DNA from: Mytilus californianus
Taxonomy: Eukaryota
Direction: 5' to 3'
Length of the DNA stretch: 64,000 bases
Assembly (NCBI RefSeq): GCF_021869535.1
Contig: NW_026262582.1
Location: 40,920,001-40,984,000, forward strand
Part shown: positions 1 through 12,278 of the stretch, one piece after another
How positions within the stretch are numbered: the first letter of the stretch is position 1
Layout: each line of letters opens with the position of its first letter
The notes under the pieces: model-generated
What the model was told of the DNA's origin: nothing
The model's input: the letters and a program-made list of their open reading frames with translations, nothing else
The model's database searches: none
Program-made: the position numbers and the translations under genes

Positions 1-266
1 CGCCTGTCCCAAGTCAGGAGCCTCTAGCCTTTGTTAGTCTTGTATTATTTTTAATTTTAGTTTCTTGTGTACAATTTGGAGTTTAGTATGGCGTTCATTA
101 TCACTGAACTAGTATATATATTTGTTTAGGGGCCAGCTGAAGGACGCCTCCGGGTGCGGGAATTTCTCGCTGCATTGAAGACCTGTTGGTGGCCTTCTGC
201 TGTTGTCTGTTCTGTGGTCGGGTTGTTGTCTCTTTGACACATTCCCCATTTCCATTCTCAATTTTA
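1..266 (+). mobile_element. High-copy interspersed repeat (TGTCCCAAGTCAGGAGCCT family), 3' part
   Basis: Shares the CCAAGTCAGGAGCCT block and a GTTGTCTC..CATT-type end with copies at about 2460-3100, 46744-47030, 55675-56335 and 58123-58430. The class (non-autonomous Helentron-like or SINE-like) cannot be determined. Confidence 0.7.
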
Positions 267-633
267 ATTTTACTATACTTTATACACAGGAATTACGGTT
301 TGCAAATCAAAATCAGAAGTTAATAATAACATTACTGCAACACAATTTACGCGGTTAAATTGAATCCGTATGCACCCCCTTACAGGAGCAACAAAAACTC
401 AACTAAAGTTAACTAATTCGGAACTATTTAAGAAAGCACACAAGGGAAACACGTATGTTTAAATTATGATTTACGATAAAAAAAAAAAACTCTTCATTCC
501 TGAAATATAATGAAGCTTTCAAATAAATGCTTTACGTCGAAGGTATTTTAATAAATCATAGTAACTGTTGTGATTAATTCATGTTTATTTTTATCATTGC
601 AATATGAAATGATGAAAATAATCACTTTTTTAC

Positions 634-738
634 CTCTTTATCTTTTTCATTCGGATTACAGCCATTATTGAGAAAAAATCTAATAATGTCTGGATTTACA
701 TACAGGGTATCTGCAGCTGCGTGTAATGCTGTTCTACC
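634..738 (-). CDS. Ankyrin-repeat gene, ANK exon (GRTALHAAADTLYVNPDIIRFFLNNGCNPNEKDKE)
   Basis: 105-bp open phase-0/0 exon with TTTCAG acceptor and GTAAAA donor. It matches the ankyrin consensus G-x-TALH-x-AA...L...G...D. Confidence 0.9.
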
Positions 739-2273
739 CTGAAATGACACAAGCAATTATTTTAATAGTATCCTGTATTTTACTTTATACCGTTGGCAAA
801 AATTACTTCAAATCACATGCAAATACATATAAAGCAAAACCAATAACTCCCATAAGCAATATTTCTTTATCCTCTATTCTTAAGTGTAATTAAAAATGTG
901 CTTTGGACGCACCGATTTTATAAGAAGTTACTTTCATTTTCTAGAACTGTATTGATACCGTCTCCGGTTGCTTCTTAGTCCCCTAGGCTATTATGCATCC
1001 AATAGTTAGTGCTTCCAAACTAACATGATTTATAGCATATATTTCTTAATGTTCATTTTCTAGCACAGAAAACGTTTTATTCCTAAATATTTCCTGTATA
1101 CAATTACCTTAGTCGTCCAGGTAACAGGCTAAGGGTCTTTTTTTACAAAATGAACCATCTATCCAGGGGTAATAGATGTTCATTAAATAACGTTAAATAT
1201 TATTAACAAGGTTAAGGTTTTAATTTCTTAAAGAATATGTTATACTGAAATGAGTATGGCTTTTTCGTGTGTATCCATTTTCAAATTGATGATATAGCTC
1301 CTCGTGTAGTTCTGCAGCTTCCAAAAGTTTGTTTTGTGCGATCCTGATAATGATCGACAAAGAAAACAGATTTGGATGCAAACAATTCAAAAAGTGTTAT
1401 TTTTCAATTTAGCAGTGGATTAATACATTATGATATAAATTTAACCGATCATTAAGTGTTGACATATCTTGCTTTAAAGAACGTTATCATGTAAATGTAA
1501 CTGATTAGCTACATTTGAAACAAATAAATCAATAATACATACATTTACCTGTAATATTAATGGTGTATATATTAATAACACTGTGTCATATATTATGAAA
1601 AGATTGCAAGGATTTTCTTCTAGATTTATCATGTAACATACGTCTTCAATGTACGTATTCTAAAATATAATTTCAAACTGAGGTTTCGTAAGTTGACATG
1701 TATATAATTTGGTACAGTAGATCCGCATTTCACCAACAAAATATTCTGCTGTGGCGTTTGAATCAAAACATTTGTCATACAGTTTTAAACAGGCATTTCA
1801 TTGCTGGGGTGGTAATAAATGTATTTACAGAGAATGGTTTCTATTCATCAGCAAAGAGTTCCAGTTTTTGCAATTAAACTTAAAAAAAGACAAGCTAGTA
1901 CAACGATTCATATTGCCTTAAAAAGCAGTGAAAAGGTATAAATTTGAGAACAATAATATATATAGCAGCAGTTAAGATTTTATTCCTAATCATTCACTAC
2001 AAAAAACATCTCCAAAATGATCACTACACCTGTAAAGATTTGAGACAATGACACTATTCTTGTTTTGTCAAAACAAATTTCTCTTTATAGAAAAAGAGAA
2101 AAGATGACACAGCTATGTATTACTTCTATGCTGACGCCATTTAACTATGAGAAGACTACATCTAGTACTTACATCGAAAATAAAACAAAATTAAAAACAA
2201 AAAGCGCTTATGATAAGTTTATGTATATCATTAAGAGAAGCATTAGTTGGTACATGCCTAAAACATATATTAC

Positions 2274-2372
2274 CTGGTCATCTTTCTGATTTGGTTTAAA
2301 TCCACTTTTGAGCAATAACTTTACTGTAGCATCGTCATTTGTAGCAGCAGTGTAATGTAATGCTGTTCTACC
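2274..2372 (-). CDS. Ankyrin-repeat gene, ANK exon (GRTALHYTAATNDDATVKLLLKSGFKPNQKDDQ)
   Basis: 99-bp open exon, TTTCTAG acceptor and GTAATA donor, one 33-aa ankyrin repeat. Confidence 0.9.
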
Positions 2373-2461
2373 CTAGAAATATGTATAGAAACAATTTCTT
2401 AGTGCAGTCAAAAAACCTATACGAGATATGCCTCATTTCAAAACAGTTCATGTTTTTAAAG

Positions 2462-3680
2462 ATAAGAAAATGTGGTATGATTGCCAACTCCCCACTAGAG
2501 ACCAAATAACGTTGAAGCTTACAAATATATGTCACCGTAAGGCCTTTAAAAAAAACCCAAACTGCATAATAAGCTACAAAAGTCCCCAAAACGACAAATG
2601 TTAAACAATTCAACGAGAAAAATAACGGCCTGATCTATGTAGAAAACAAAAACGAAATACAATATGATAAACAGCAACAAATGACAACCTTTGACTTACA
2701 GGCTCCTGACTTACATTTTGTAGAACAAGCAAGCACATCAATATGTCGTAGGGTTGAACATGTTTGCTGGCATTAAACCCCCTAACCTAAGACAGCGGTA
2801 AAACAGTACAAATTAAAATAACTTATGAAAATCAGTTGAAAAGGACTAAACGCATCAAATCGATACAAAGCAGAAAGTAACTAACAAAAACAAAGATCAG
2901 ACGTGGTTGGGAATTAATATATATACCCCACAACAAAAAGACACAAAGTTTAGATCTTAAAGTACTCGCAGTTAATGACAGTTAATTCACAGACAAAAAC
3001 AACATATAGCAAATTGAATCTAAGGCAAAAATATCAATCAGTACACATCCAACATCCTATGGGTTAAGTGTAAAGACGTCATGAACAGTCAAAGAAAAGC
3101 ACGACCTTGTGCATTGCAAAAATATAGATACCGACATATTGAAGAATCGTAAAAATGCATATGTATATAACAAATATATTTAGCATGGTTTTAGTTTACT
3201 GGTACATGTGATAGAAAAGTCAATGACTTTTCCAGTAAAAAAAGTATTTATTGATATAATTTCAGTCTTGCACAGGTTACCTTTTCAGAATCTAAAATTT
3301 TGGGCTCGGGAAAACAACATAGCAGTACAAATTATGATGTGCTATCCCGTTTGAAATATGTTTTCTTCGAAACCAAATCTTGTTATCCAGGGAATAATTT
3401 AATTAAGGTTTAAGCAGTTTGGGCAACGAAAGCCCTGACTTAAAACCTCTGACTTAATAATTCACCAGTAGAACATAGTTTACGTTCATTGAAATCCAGA
3501 CCGGCACTACATCCACGTGCATAGGGAACGAGTTGGGATATATAAACACCGTTAGACGGTCCCAAATGAATAACCCCGTCCAAAAAAGGAAAATTAACAA
3601 AAGTGAAAGAACAATCGTCCCGTTTGTTGTAAACATTCTGAGTACAGTTTCCCGCGTAAAACTGAAATATCAGTAGTTAA
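2462..3680 (-). mobile_element. High-copy interspersed repeat(s), same family as 55675-56335
   Basis: Begins with ATGTGGTATGATTGCC and contains CAGGCTCCTGACTT and AATCAGTACACATCCAACATCC, which are also seen at 55690-56330. The right boundary is approximate. Confidence 0.6.
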
Positions 3681-4341
3681 CATGGTTTTTTAATGTTAAT
3701 CACTATAAAAACGGATAACTATTTCAACAAAGAAAACATAAAACATCTTTTTACCTTCCACAGATGGTTATTTCCACTATTTTCATATGTTTTATTACAA
3801 AAGTTAGGGATAAGTTCTTTGACAATAGTAAGGAATAAGATAAAATCACTGAGAGATAAGAAGTAGAACACTTACAAGAGGGTGCGATTAAATCTATGTT
3901 ATTAGTATTTAAAAAAGTATAACAAAAATATTGAACTCCGAAGGCTAATTCAAAAAGAGGATGTCCATAAAAACGGGCAAAATTAAACAATATCAATCAA
4001 CGGAACATGTGAAAAAGAGCTGCCATATTCCTGACTTGTTACATGCATTTTCCGAAGAACATGGTGGGTATAACCTGATGTTATAAGTAAAAAGTGCAGT
4101 TACAAGAAAAACAAAAACGACTGCAGCAATTTTTGAAACGCATTTTTAATTTATTAATCAACAAAGACAGTTGAAACGCATTTTTAATTTATTAATCAAC
4201 AAAGACAGATTCTATGTATTTTATTAAAAAAAAGTACAAAAGACCTTTTCATGCAATCCTTCCAATAAAAGGTTTATGTAAGAGTACATTTGTATTTATG
4301 GAATAAAATGAAATAAATATTGCAATTATCACTAATATCAC

Positions 4342-4440
4342 CTTGTTATCTGTCTGAAGTGGGTTACAACCATTACCAAGGAATAGTTTCATAGCATCAG
4401 TGTTTCTCTGATATGCAGCTTGGTGTAATACTGTTTCACC
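4342..4440 (-). CDS. Ankyrin-repeat gene, ANK exon (GETVLHQAAYQRNTDAMKLFLGNGCNPLQTDNK)
   Basis: 99-bp open exon, TTTGTTTAG acceptor and GTGATA donor, one ankyrin repeat. Confidence 0.9.
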
Positions 4441-4879
4441 CTAAACAAACAAAAAATTCTCTACATTAAGCAATGCAAAAAAAAATATCAAGTACTACGA
4501 AAAGAGTTTGAACATGACAGTTGATGCAATGAACATAATTTACTTGTATGACTTAAACATGTTAAAATGAGGACTTGAAACCAAATGTTTAAACAAATAT
4601 ATATTTAATCATTTTAAGATATAATTGAAGGTCAAGTTACAAAAAATTTGCTATGTCACAGATTTTGATAACATTTTGCATACAACTTTAGATCATTGAA
4701 CTTAAAATCGATATAATAATGCATTTATCTCTTCTTATTTTTTTGTCTGAATATTACTGATTGAGTTCTTTCAAAATAGCTGAACATTTGTATAGAAAGC
4801 ACATTAAATAAGCAAAAGAGGTTTAACAATACATTCCGAAAACACAGAATAAACATTATGCAAATATTGCTAATTTTAC

Positions 4880-4978
4880 CTTATAATTTTTCTGGAATGG
4901 ATTACAGCCACTATCAAGCAATAGTTGTATGATCTGAACAGTTCCCCTAGGTGCAGCTTTATGTAATGCAGTTTCACC
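4880..4978 (-). CDS. Ankyrin-repeat gene, ANK exon (GETALHKAAPRGTVQIIQLLLDSGCNPFQKNYK)
   Basis: 99-bp open exon, TCTTAAG acceptor and GTAAAA donor, one ankyrin repeat. Confidence 0.9.
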
Positions 4979-5834
4979 CTTAAGACACAATAACAAATGT
5001 TCAACCTTAATTCAAACATGCTAAAGGCACATACAAATCAAATTCATTTTTGTTTGTACTACGAAAAGTTTAAATCTTTTACAAATTAAACTTGAATTTA
5101 CGCATAAAAATTTATTATTCATAATTTTATCTTTAATATGTGATTTAATTTGTTTTTACACTTTATTATTTTAATATATATCACAAGATTGGATGTTTTC
5201 ATGTTATATTTGATAAATAACTTGTAAATGGAGAATAGAAAATGAAAGTTTATTCAATTTGATATATATTTATATGCGTAACGAAATTCATACTTTTTTA
5301 TAACTCAAAATGTATTTTTACGAATACTTTCCATTCTATTTAATACCTATGACAAATCGGCATGTTATTTATATATCCAAGGCAAGTAACTCTATCCGTT
5401 CACTTCGATTTTTTTCAATATGTGACAGTCAAAATTATAAAATGATTTCATTCAAAACTTGCAGCGAAGTAAAGGAAATATGCGCCTTTTTATATAAGGA
5501 GGTTCATATTTCTTTTTTGCATTAAAGCTGTTAACAATGGGGGAGCTGAATCAGTACGATTTAATTATTTATCTTTTTTATCGATATGAGATTTGAACAT
5601 TGATAGTTTGCTGTCATCTTAATTTATACAATTTGATAGGCCTTGTCATACATGCATTACATCAAAATGACACACTTTTTGCCCATATAACATTAAATTT
5701 TTAGATTAAATCTGATGTCTTTTAGATACTTGAATGGCTACGTCTTACTCTGAAAGAAGTGAACGTGAATTTATTTCATTATAAGAAAATCCTTTATATA
5801 GCCAAAATCTTCATAAATATACCGATATTGAATA

Positions 5835-6002
5835 CACCTTATCGCTATTCCCGCTTGACCCGAGAATCTGTCCCGCTCGAACTTTTGACGTCATACAACA
5901 ATCACTTTTCTATTGTGGCGTCAGACATTTTCTATTATGACGTCAAAATTTTACGGGAACTTGTGTGATGTCCAGTAATGGCGGACAAATAGCGATAAGG
6001 TG
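5835..6002. mobile_element. 168-bp MITE with CACCTTATCGCTATT TIRs and TA TSD
   Basis: Perfect inverted repeat AATACACCTTATCGCTATT (5831-5849) / AATAGCGATAAGGTGTATT (5988-6006), with TA on both sides of CAC...GTG. There is a second internal inverted repeat, TTTTGACGTCATA / TATGACGTCAAAA. Confidence 0.7.
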
Positions 6003-7199
6003 TATTGTTGACTTCCCAGACACTAATTCGCCGATATTTTCCCGTATGCACCGACCTTAACTACGAGACCTCTTGCTATAACTTGAGCCACCACACAGCG
6101 CAATGTGAGGGGAAAACCATGATGGAAGAATGTTAACACACGTGCTCTTGAAGGTAAATAGAAATAACTGATTCTTAAAGAACAAATTAAATACAACAAA
6201 TCATATAGCAACTGTTAAGGAATGGTTTTATTGACAAATGGGAACACATGGAAAATATAAAACAAATGACATGGCTCTTTCAATTCACTTATCTGTCACG
6301 CTTTCCACGTGCTTTTTTTCTATTGTTTATCAATGTCACGATCTTGTAAACTTCGGCAACAAACTCGAAAATTAATTAGCTTGCGATCAACAACCACTGA
6401 ATGAAATATGATTTGTCGATTATACGTTATAGATGTGAAATAAATATAAAAAAAAACGAGCATGCAAGACTTAGTTAAGTTTATAAACATGCATTGGTTC
6501 AATAATTTGGACTACATTAAAATTTTAAGAAACTCGTTTCATATGACTTTAATGTATTTTGTCCACGTATTTTTAAAACGATTAACAAATTCTTTCTCTA
6601 GACTTCCAAAATCGACTTCCAAATTGTTTGTCATTATTGCAATATCAATGAACCAATTTTTCTCTTTCTATCCGTTTGTTCATGTGTAATCGTCTATTTG
6701 CGAATTTGTGTCCACTTAAAGATTACACAATGTTGTGTATTTCATAAACTTTTGCACAAATAACATTAGAATAGATTTAGTTAATGATAAATGAGCATAT
6801 GTGTTCATAGAATGAAGATCACAACCTTCGCTTAAAGATTGAAAGAAAATGTACTTCGAATGTATACGTACACTTCCAACGGTTGTTGTCTATATTAGTT
6901 TAGCCAAAATGGTACTGTAATATACATACGTTTGCCGAAAAATTTTAAATATTTCCATTATGGCGTTAGCTTTATGAAGTCGCAGTCAAAAATTTCCACA
7001 TGATGAGAAGGTCTTTCTTCTAAATTTAATAACGAAATGTAATAAAACGTGTTTATAGTAATCATTTTAATTAACAGGGCAAAATAAACTCTAAAGTATA
7101 ACTTCTCCTAGACAATCTTTTCTCGAGGCTGTTATTGTTTCTATTTCATTTTGAGTAAGTCAAATTTTAGTGACAATAAAATTGCATTGTATAAGCTAA

Positions 7200-7490
7200 C
7201 AAGTGGCTCTAATGGGCTGGTACTGCTCACTAGTCATTTGCCAACAAATTATTTATACAATACAAGAATTCAAGAGTTCCAAGTGGTAAAGTCGAAATCA
7301 ATTCTTCGAAAATGTTACGGACGACATGTTCCAATTGTCGTAACCACAATTCCATCCTATTTCCCCTCGAATGTGACTAGAATAAGACTAATCATTGGTT
7401 TTGTACTTACATGACCATCACGACGAATGCCAAATATGAAGCAGGATCTGCCCACCCTTCTGTAGCATCTGAGTTAACCCTCTGCTTTTG
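7200..7490 (+). mobile_element. Decayed 3' fragment of a non-LTR retroelement (Penelope-like RT C-terminus)
   Basis: Translates to QEFQVVKSKSILRKCYGRH, similar to the QG..L.KLKSSLRKFYGRH motif I recall from bivalve Penelope-like elements. It is followed by an AGCAGGATCTGC..ACCCTTC tail with a relative on the minus strand near 44360-44450. Confidence 0.45.
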
Positions 7491-8129
7491 GTTATTTTTT
7501 TTAATTTTTTGTTGCCATGGCGTAGTCAGTTTGTTTTCTGACCTATGAGTTTGAATGTCCTTGTGGTATCTTTCGTCAGTCTATTATGTGTGTGAATGGA
7601 AACTATGTTGACCAAAATATATCTTGTTGATCATTTGGAGTGCACCAAGTTTCTGTATATTCTTTATCGTTTTAACATTATGAGCACGATGGGCAGAAAT
7701 TAAAAAAAAAAAATTGATAAAAAATGTTATTCATATGTAATTGAATACAGGAATCATCCAATAGTATCGTTCTTGTCGGTAATTTTTGTAGATCTCGTAT
7801 TGCTGATAATGTTTGCCTTGAACAGTTTCTACCTATCTGTTAAGTGTTTGAGATAATAGTCAGTATAATCAAAAATAATCCTATAATCCTTATTTAAGAG
7901 CAATTTCTACTTGCAATGGTTCATCTAATAATTAAGATAAAAAAAGGAAGTCGAAAGGACTAAACATAATGAACATTTTTTCATTGCCATATTTTCTCTT
8001 TTTATTATGGTTTTCAAAATATGAGAAATTAATGAATTCTACCCTTTTGTTCTATTTTTAACCGTTTGTTATATAACGAGGAGAAAACACACGATTATCA
8101 TTATGGTGACCTTGTGGGTTATTTACCGA

Positions 8130-8275
8130 AAGTTTATTTGAAATTGGTACAATCGTTTCAGAAGAGGAGATATTTGAAAAGTTTTTGACGAGCGACAACG
8201 ACATAAGACGACGGATGCCAAATGATTACTATAGTGGATGGAGCCTTATGGCAATGTGAGGTAAAAAGGCAACAA
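8130..8275 (-). mobile_element. Degenerate 5' end of a HINE/Helentron-like element
   Basis: The reverse complement has ATCATTTGGCATCCGTCGTC plus a CGTCG-type microsatellite, resembling the 5' end of the element at 47027. Confidence 0.4.
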
Positions 8276-8409
8276 GAGGTCGACTTTAGTTCCTGTGAAC
8301 ATATTGAAAAATTAACATAATTGAAATTTATATATTGTGCAACCATTTATGAAATTGCAACAGTTGGTATTTTTACAGATCTGTCTGTATCTATGAAGAC
8401 TTGATTTAC

Positions 8410-8499
8410 CTCTTGATCTACAAAGTTGACATCAGCACCCAAAGCAATATATTTCTTTACTGCGGTTACATCATTCTCCGAAACAGTAGCTAGAAGTTC
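8410..8499 (-). CDS. Ankyrin-repeat gene, N-cap ANK exon (ELLATVSENDVTAVKKYIALGADVNFVDQE)
   Basis: 90-bp open phase-0/0 exon with TTGACAG acceptor and GTAAAT donor. The GADVN motif joins in frame to GETALH of exon 4880-4978. Confidence 0.85.
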
Positions 8500-8863
8500 C
8501 TGTCAATATAGATACATAAATAATTACGGAATTGCTACATACACGTGTATATATAATAAGAGAAGTCCAGTAGCACACATACACTGTATCTCGTATATGT
8601 GTGTTTGTTTGTTTCGTCGTATGTCATTCGCTGTATTTCCTCCTTATGCGTTATTGAGTTGAATGCTTTTGATTTTCTTTTATGTAATTGTCTTACTTTA
8701 AATTTGTGTTGTACAACACGATTATAATCTTAAAAATGCACAATCACACATTATGATGACTCTCTGTTTCTTGTTTAGTTGTTTTAATCAAAATGTTTCG
8801 TCTATTTACTTATACTCTTTCACTCTTATTTTTTTTTAAGACTTAGAATTGTATAAAAAATAC

Positions 8864-8961
8864 CTTCGAAAACGCGGAATTTAAGTATACCATTAGTTTG
8901 CTTGCTCCCTGTGTAAGCTTTAAAAGCGTTTTTTTTCTATCTTTAGCACGGAGGCTTAAAA
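8864..8961 (-). CDS. Ankyrin-repeat gene, upstream exon (LSLRAKDRKKTLLKLTQGASKLMVYLNSAFSK)
   Basis: Acceptor TTTTTAAACTTTTTAG and donor AAG|GTATTT. Fully open, phase-1 start and phase-0 end, compatible with exon 8410-8499. An in-frame ATG at 8893-8891 could instead be the start codon. Confidence 0.6.
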
Positions 8962-10288
8962 CTAAAAAGTTTAAAAATTAGGAGCCATTTGACATGGACT
9001 CAAAACAAGCTTCAAAAGAATATCCAAAACAACTATTTTAACCACAACCTGACGACTGACGCATTTAGTACTTTAGTTTCTTAATAAATTTAAACTCATC
9101 AACGGAAATGTCAGAAATGCATTGGGTCACTGAAAAAAATAACCAGTAAAATGTACTAATATAAGTAGTAATCCCCTTATCACTAATAGTAGGTATGGTT
9201 TGTACTAATTAGTTGGTAAAATCGTGTATCAGATTACTTAGATAAGACAATGCGCAGCCTCCTGTGTGACCAATCTTTTCCCGCCAGTCGTGGTCAGTCG
9301 TAGACAAAGACAAAGACTCGAAAGCGTGGTCGCAGCACAGATGCTACAGAAAGACTAGGTAAGTAGGATTAATTTGTTTAATAAAATGAATATATTTGTT
9401 ATTTCACCGGCCTTGATTATTTGTCGTATGTCAAACATTTTTCTGTTAAATTTATATGGGATCGATTGAAACATAATAAAAGGGGGGATGATAATCTATT
9501 GATTTTTAACAGATAAATGTATACAAACTCAATAACAATGTTCACGGTGTTGTAAGATGTGTAATTCTGATTAAAAATTAAATATTTATAAATTTAAAAA
9601 CTCCAAAAATATCAATCGTAAAAGGGACACTACTGTTGATTGTAAAGTATCAGATTCCCCGTTGTTTTGCGAAAGTCTAGGAACCAGATTTGACAAGGGA
9701 GATAATAAATGTTGTGTCAAAGTTTTGTGGCTTGTGTCTCACTGTCAGGTCTAAAATCTTAAAATGTGGGAAGTTTGTAATGTAAATCGCTTCAAAAAGG
9801 GATGTATGGTTCGCTCAAAGATTCGAAATGCACTGACAGGTAATAGTAGTCCAAATAATTACGTCTTGAAAATGAAAGACCTAGAAAAATTGTTTTATTT
9901 ACGTTGTCTATAATTTGCCTCCCTTTGGCATGTTGGGGTCTTTCCTTTAACTTGCACATACATTTCTGTGTGTCAGAGCACTAGTATAGAAAGTCCCTGG
10001 TCAGAGTAAGTACATGTTCATTGATAAACATGTTATTTTCAGGTAAAAGCACAGTTCAACTCTAACAATAACAAAACTAAAATAAATAAATAGACTTATC
10101 TACACTTTTAATTTATGCTCATTAAAGTTAATGAAATCAAATGCTCCAAGGATTTTTTGTTTACACATTTAAATATGCTGTATACTTTTGATCACTTTTC
10201 TGTAAAGATATGGCTAGTTTCCACTTTTCTTATGCTACATATAAAGCATTTCAATATAAGGTAATATATAAAGCATTTCAATATATAC

Positions 10289-11077
10289 GGTAGGTATTTT
10301 CACCACCGAACACCACCGCACACCACCGAACACCGCCGATCACCCAAAAAAATATTTTTTTGTCTTTTAACGTTATAAATATAATAATATCTAAGTTATT
10401 ATTTCAACAAATTCATATTAAAAAAAAAGATTAAGATATTATTTATCTACATCGAATAGAAAAGGAGAGTCTATAACACTACAACTCCGCAAACAACCCG
10501 TTATGGACACCACCGAACACCCCAAAAGTTTAATATTTTGTCTTTTAACGTTACAAATGCAACCTAACTATATTATTTAAGTTATTATTTCAGCAAATTC
10601 ATATTAAATCAAAAGATTAAAATTTATATCTTCATCGAACAGCAGGGAGAGTCTATAAGAAAAATTATGTATATATAGTCATTGATGTAATAAATAATTA
10701 TATGAAATATTAATCACTTGTATTTGTTAGGTAAAAAATATTAACAGAAAGAAAAAATCTATACAGAACAAAAAAGGAAAGTAAGATAATATGCAATCAC
10801 AAAATAAAAGTAATATATATATATATATATATATATATACAAACATATTGTAATCCGGAAAAATAGTGTTGAATCCGGAACCGTTTTTCTTTATATTGAT
10901 TATATTGATTATCAACTTTAACATGAAAATGATGCTCATAAAAATCTAAAAATTGATTAAACTATGCTTAATTTAATTTGTTTTATCGTTCTAGTGTATA
11001 ATATCACTGTTTTTCTTAGTGGTTGGTGTTTTTTTTTTTTGGGTGTTCGGTGGTGTTCGGTGGCGAAAAGACCCACC
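10289..11077. mobile_element. About 790-bp MITE nested in the CACTA element
   Basis: Imperfect TIRs GGTAGGTATTTTCACCACCGAACACCACCG / rc GGTGGGTCTTTTCGCCACCGAACACCACCG. Internal direct duplication of about 180 bp (about 10345-10500 and 10525-10660) and an (AT)n tract. TSD not clear. Confidence 0.7.
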
Positions 11078-11125
11078 CCAATAAATATGGTATAATATAT
11101 AAAGGATAGATTTCTTCATCAAATT

Positions 11126-11253
11126 CAGTAGTGGATCCAGATTATATAGGGTTTTTTTGGACGATCAATGTATTTGAATGGGGACATAAAGTTGGACCCC
11201 CCTTTTATCCTGGGCTAGGAACCCCCCTTTATTAATGGCTGGATCCGCCTATG
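11126..11253. mobile_element. Short hAT-like MITE
   Basis: Ends CAGTAGTGGATCCAG ... CTGGATCCGCCTATG form an imperfect inverted repeat; internal G/C runs. A related fragment lies at about 51900-52100. Confidence 0.55.
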
Positions 11254-11529
11254 AAATTTAATAGGGTCTTCAGGGGAAAACAAATACAAAAATATAAGTT
11301 TTCAATGACGAATTGATATCTACATTTTTTCTGAAATATCTGTAATTGTTTACAATATATATGTGTATTTATTACTGATCATGAAAATCACTATTATCTG
11401 CAACTGAAATACCTACATGTAATGATTCATCTAACATTGAGTTGGAAAATGAAACCAAAAACAAAACTATTTTAGAGACAATTGACAAAAATGTCAGTTT
11501 GACATATAGACCACAGTATCTTGCATCCA

Positions 11530-11993
11530 GGTGTAATACCACCATTGATTTTCCCCTATTAGTCTTTGTTAAATTTGCACTTTTCAAAAAATTGTACAGA
11601 ATTTATCTTTGTTTCAAATAAAGAAATACTTGGCATGAGTAAAGTTTTATCCAGTCCAGTACTATAGAAAAAAATTCACATTACATTTCATTGCATATAA
11701 GAAAATAACCATCACTGGAAGTTAACCAATCAAATTTCCCCCTTTTTTAACCTGTGTACAAGCTTTAGTAACCATGTAGCCTCAAGTTTCCAAAATATTC
11801 TATAGAAGCCCCAAATAAAAAAATAATGATGCTTTGAAATACCCAAGATATATATTTATGACCCAGAAATGTTTTACTGCAATGAAATGTAGGATTAATT
11901 ACCTACAACTGTCAAATTCAAGGGAATATCTTTTTTCGACCTATTTTTGTATGCAACCGGATGTGACGTACTATGATTTGGTGGTATTACACC
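11530..11993 (-). mobile_element. 464-bp MITE copy 1 (GGTGTAATACCACCA TIRs; Kolobok-like)
   Basis: Perfect 15-bp TIRs and a 4-bp TSD TCCA (11526-11529 and 11994-11997). It is the reverse complement of copies at 20814 and 22182. Confidence 0.88.
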
Positions 11994-12278
11994 TCCAAGG
12001 ATATTAATCTAAGTTCTGTTACAAAAGATAGTGAAAAAAGGTCCACATCATCTGCTAGTTCATCAAAATCTCTATTTTCTTTATCAGAGTCAGATTTAAT
12101 AGAAACAAGAACAAAATTAGAATCAAAGAAGCCTAAATTAGTGAGGAATGGTGATCCTTTTATGAACGATCCTTTGTATTTCAAATGGAAAGAATACCAG
12201 TTGTTATCTGCTAGAATTCAAACGCTGAAAGGCTCCGTTTAGTTTACAAGGTAAATAAATGAAGTAATTTTGATTACA

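Noticed and set aside
1835-1860. Hammerhead ribozyme core (minus strand CTGATGAATAGAAAC)
   Set aside because: Only 3 nt lie between CUGAUGA and GAAAC, so no stem II is possible, and there are no flanking helices.
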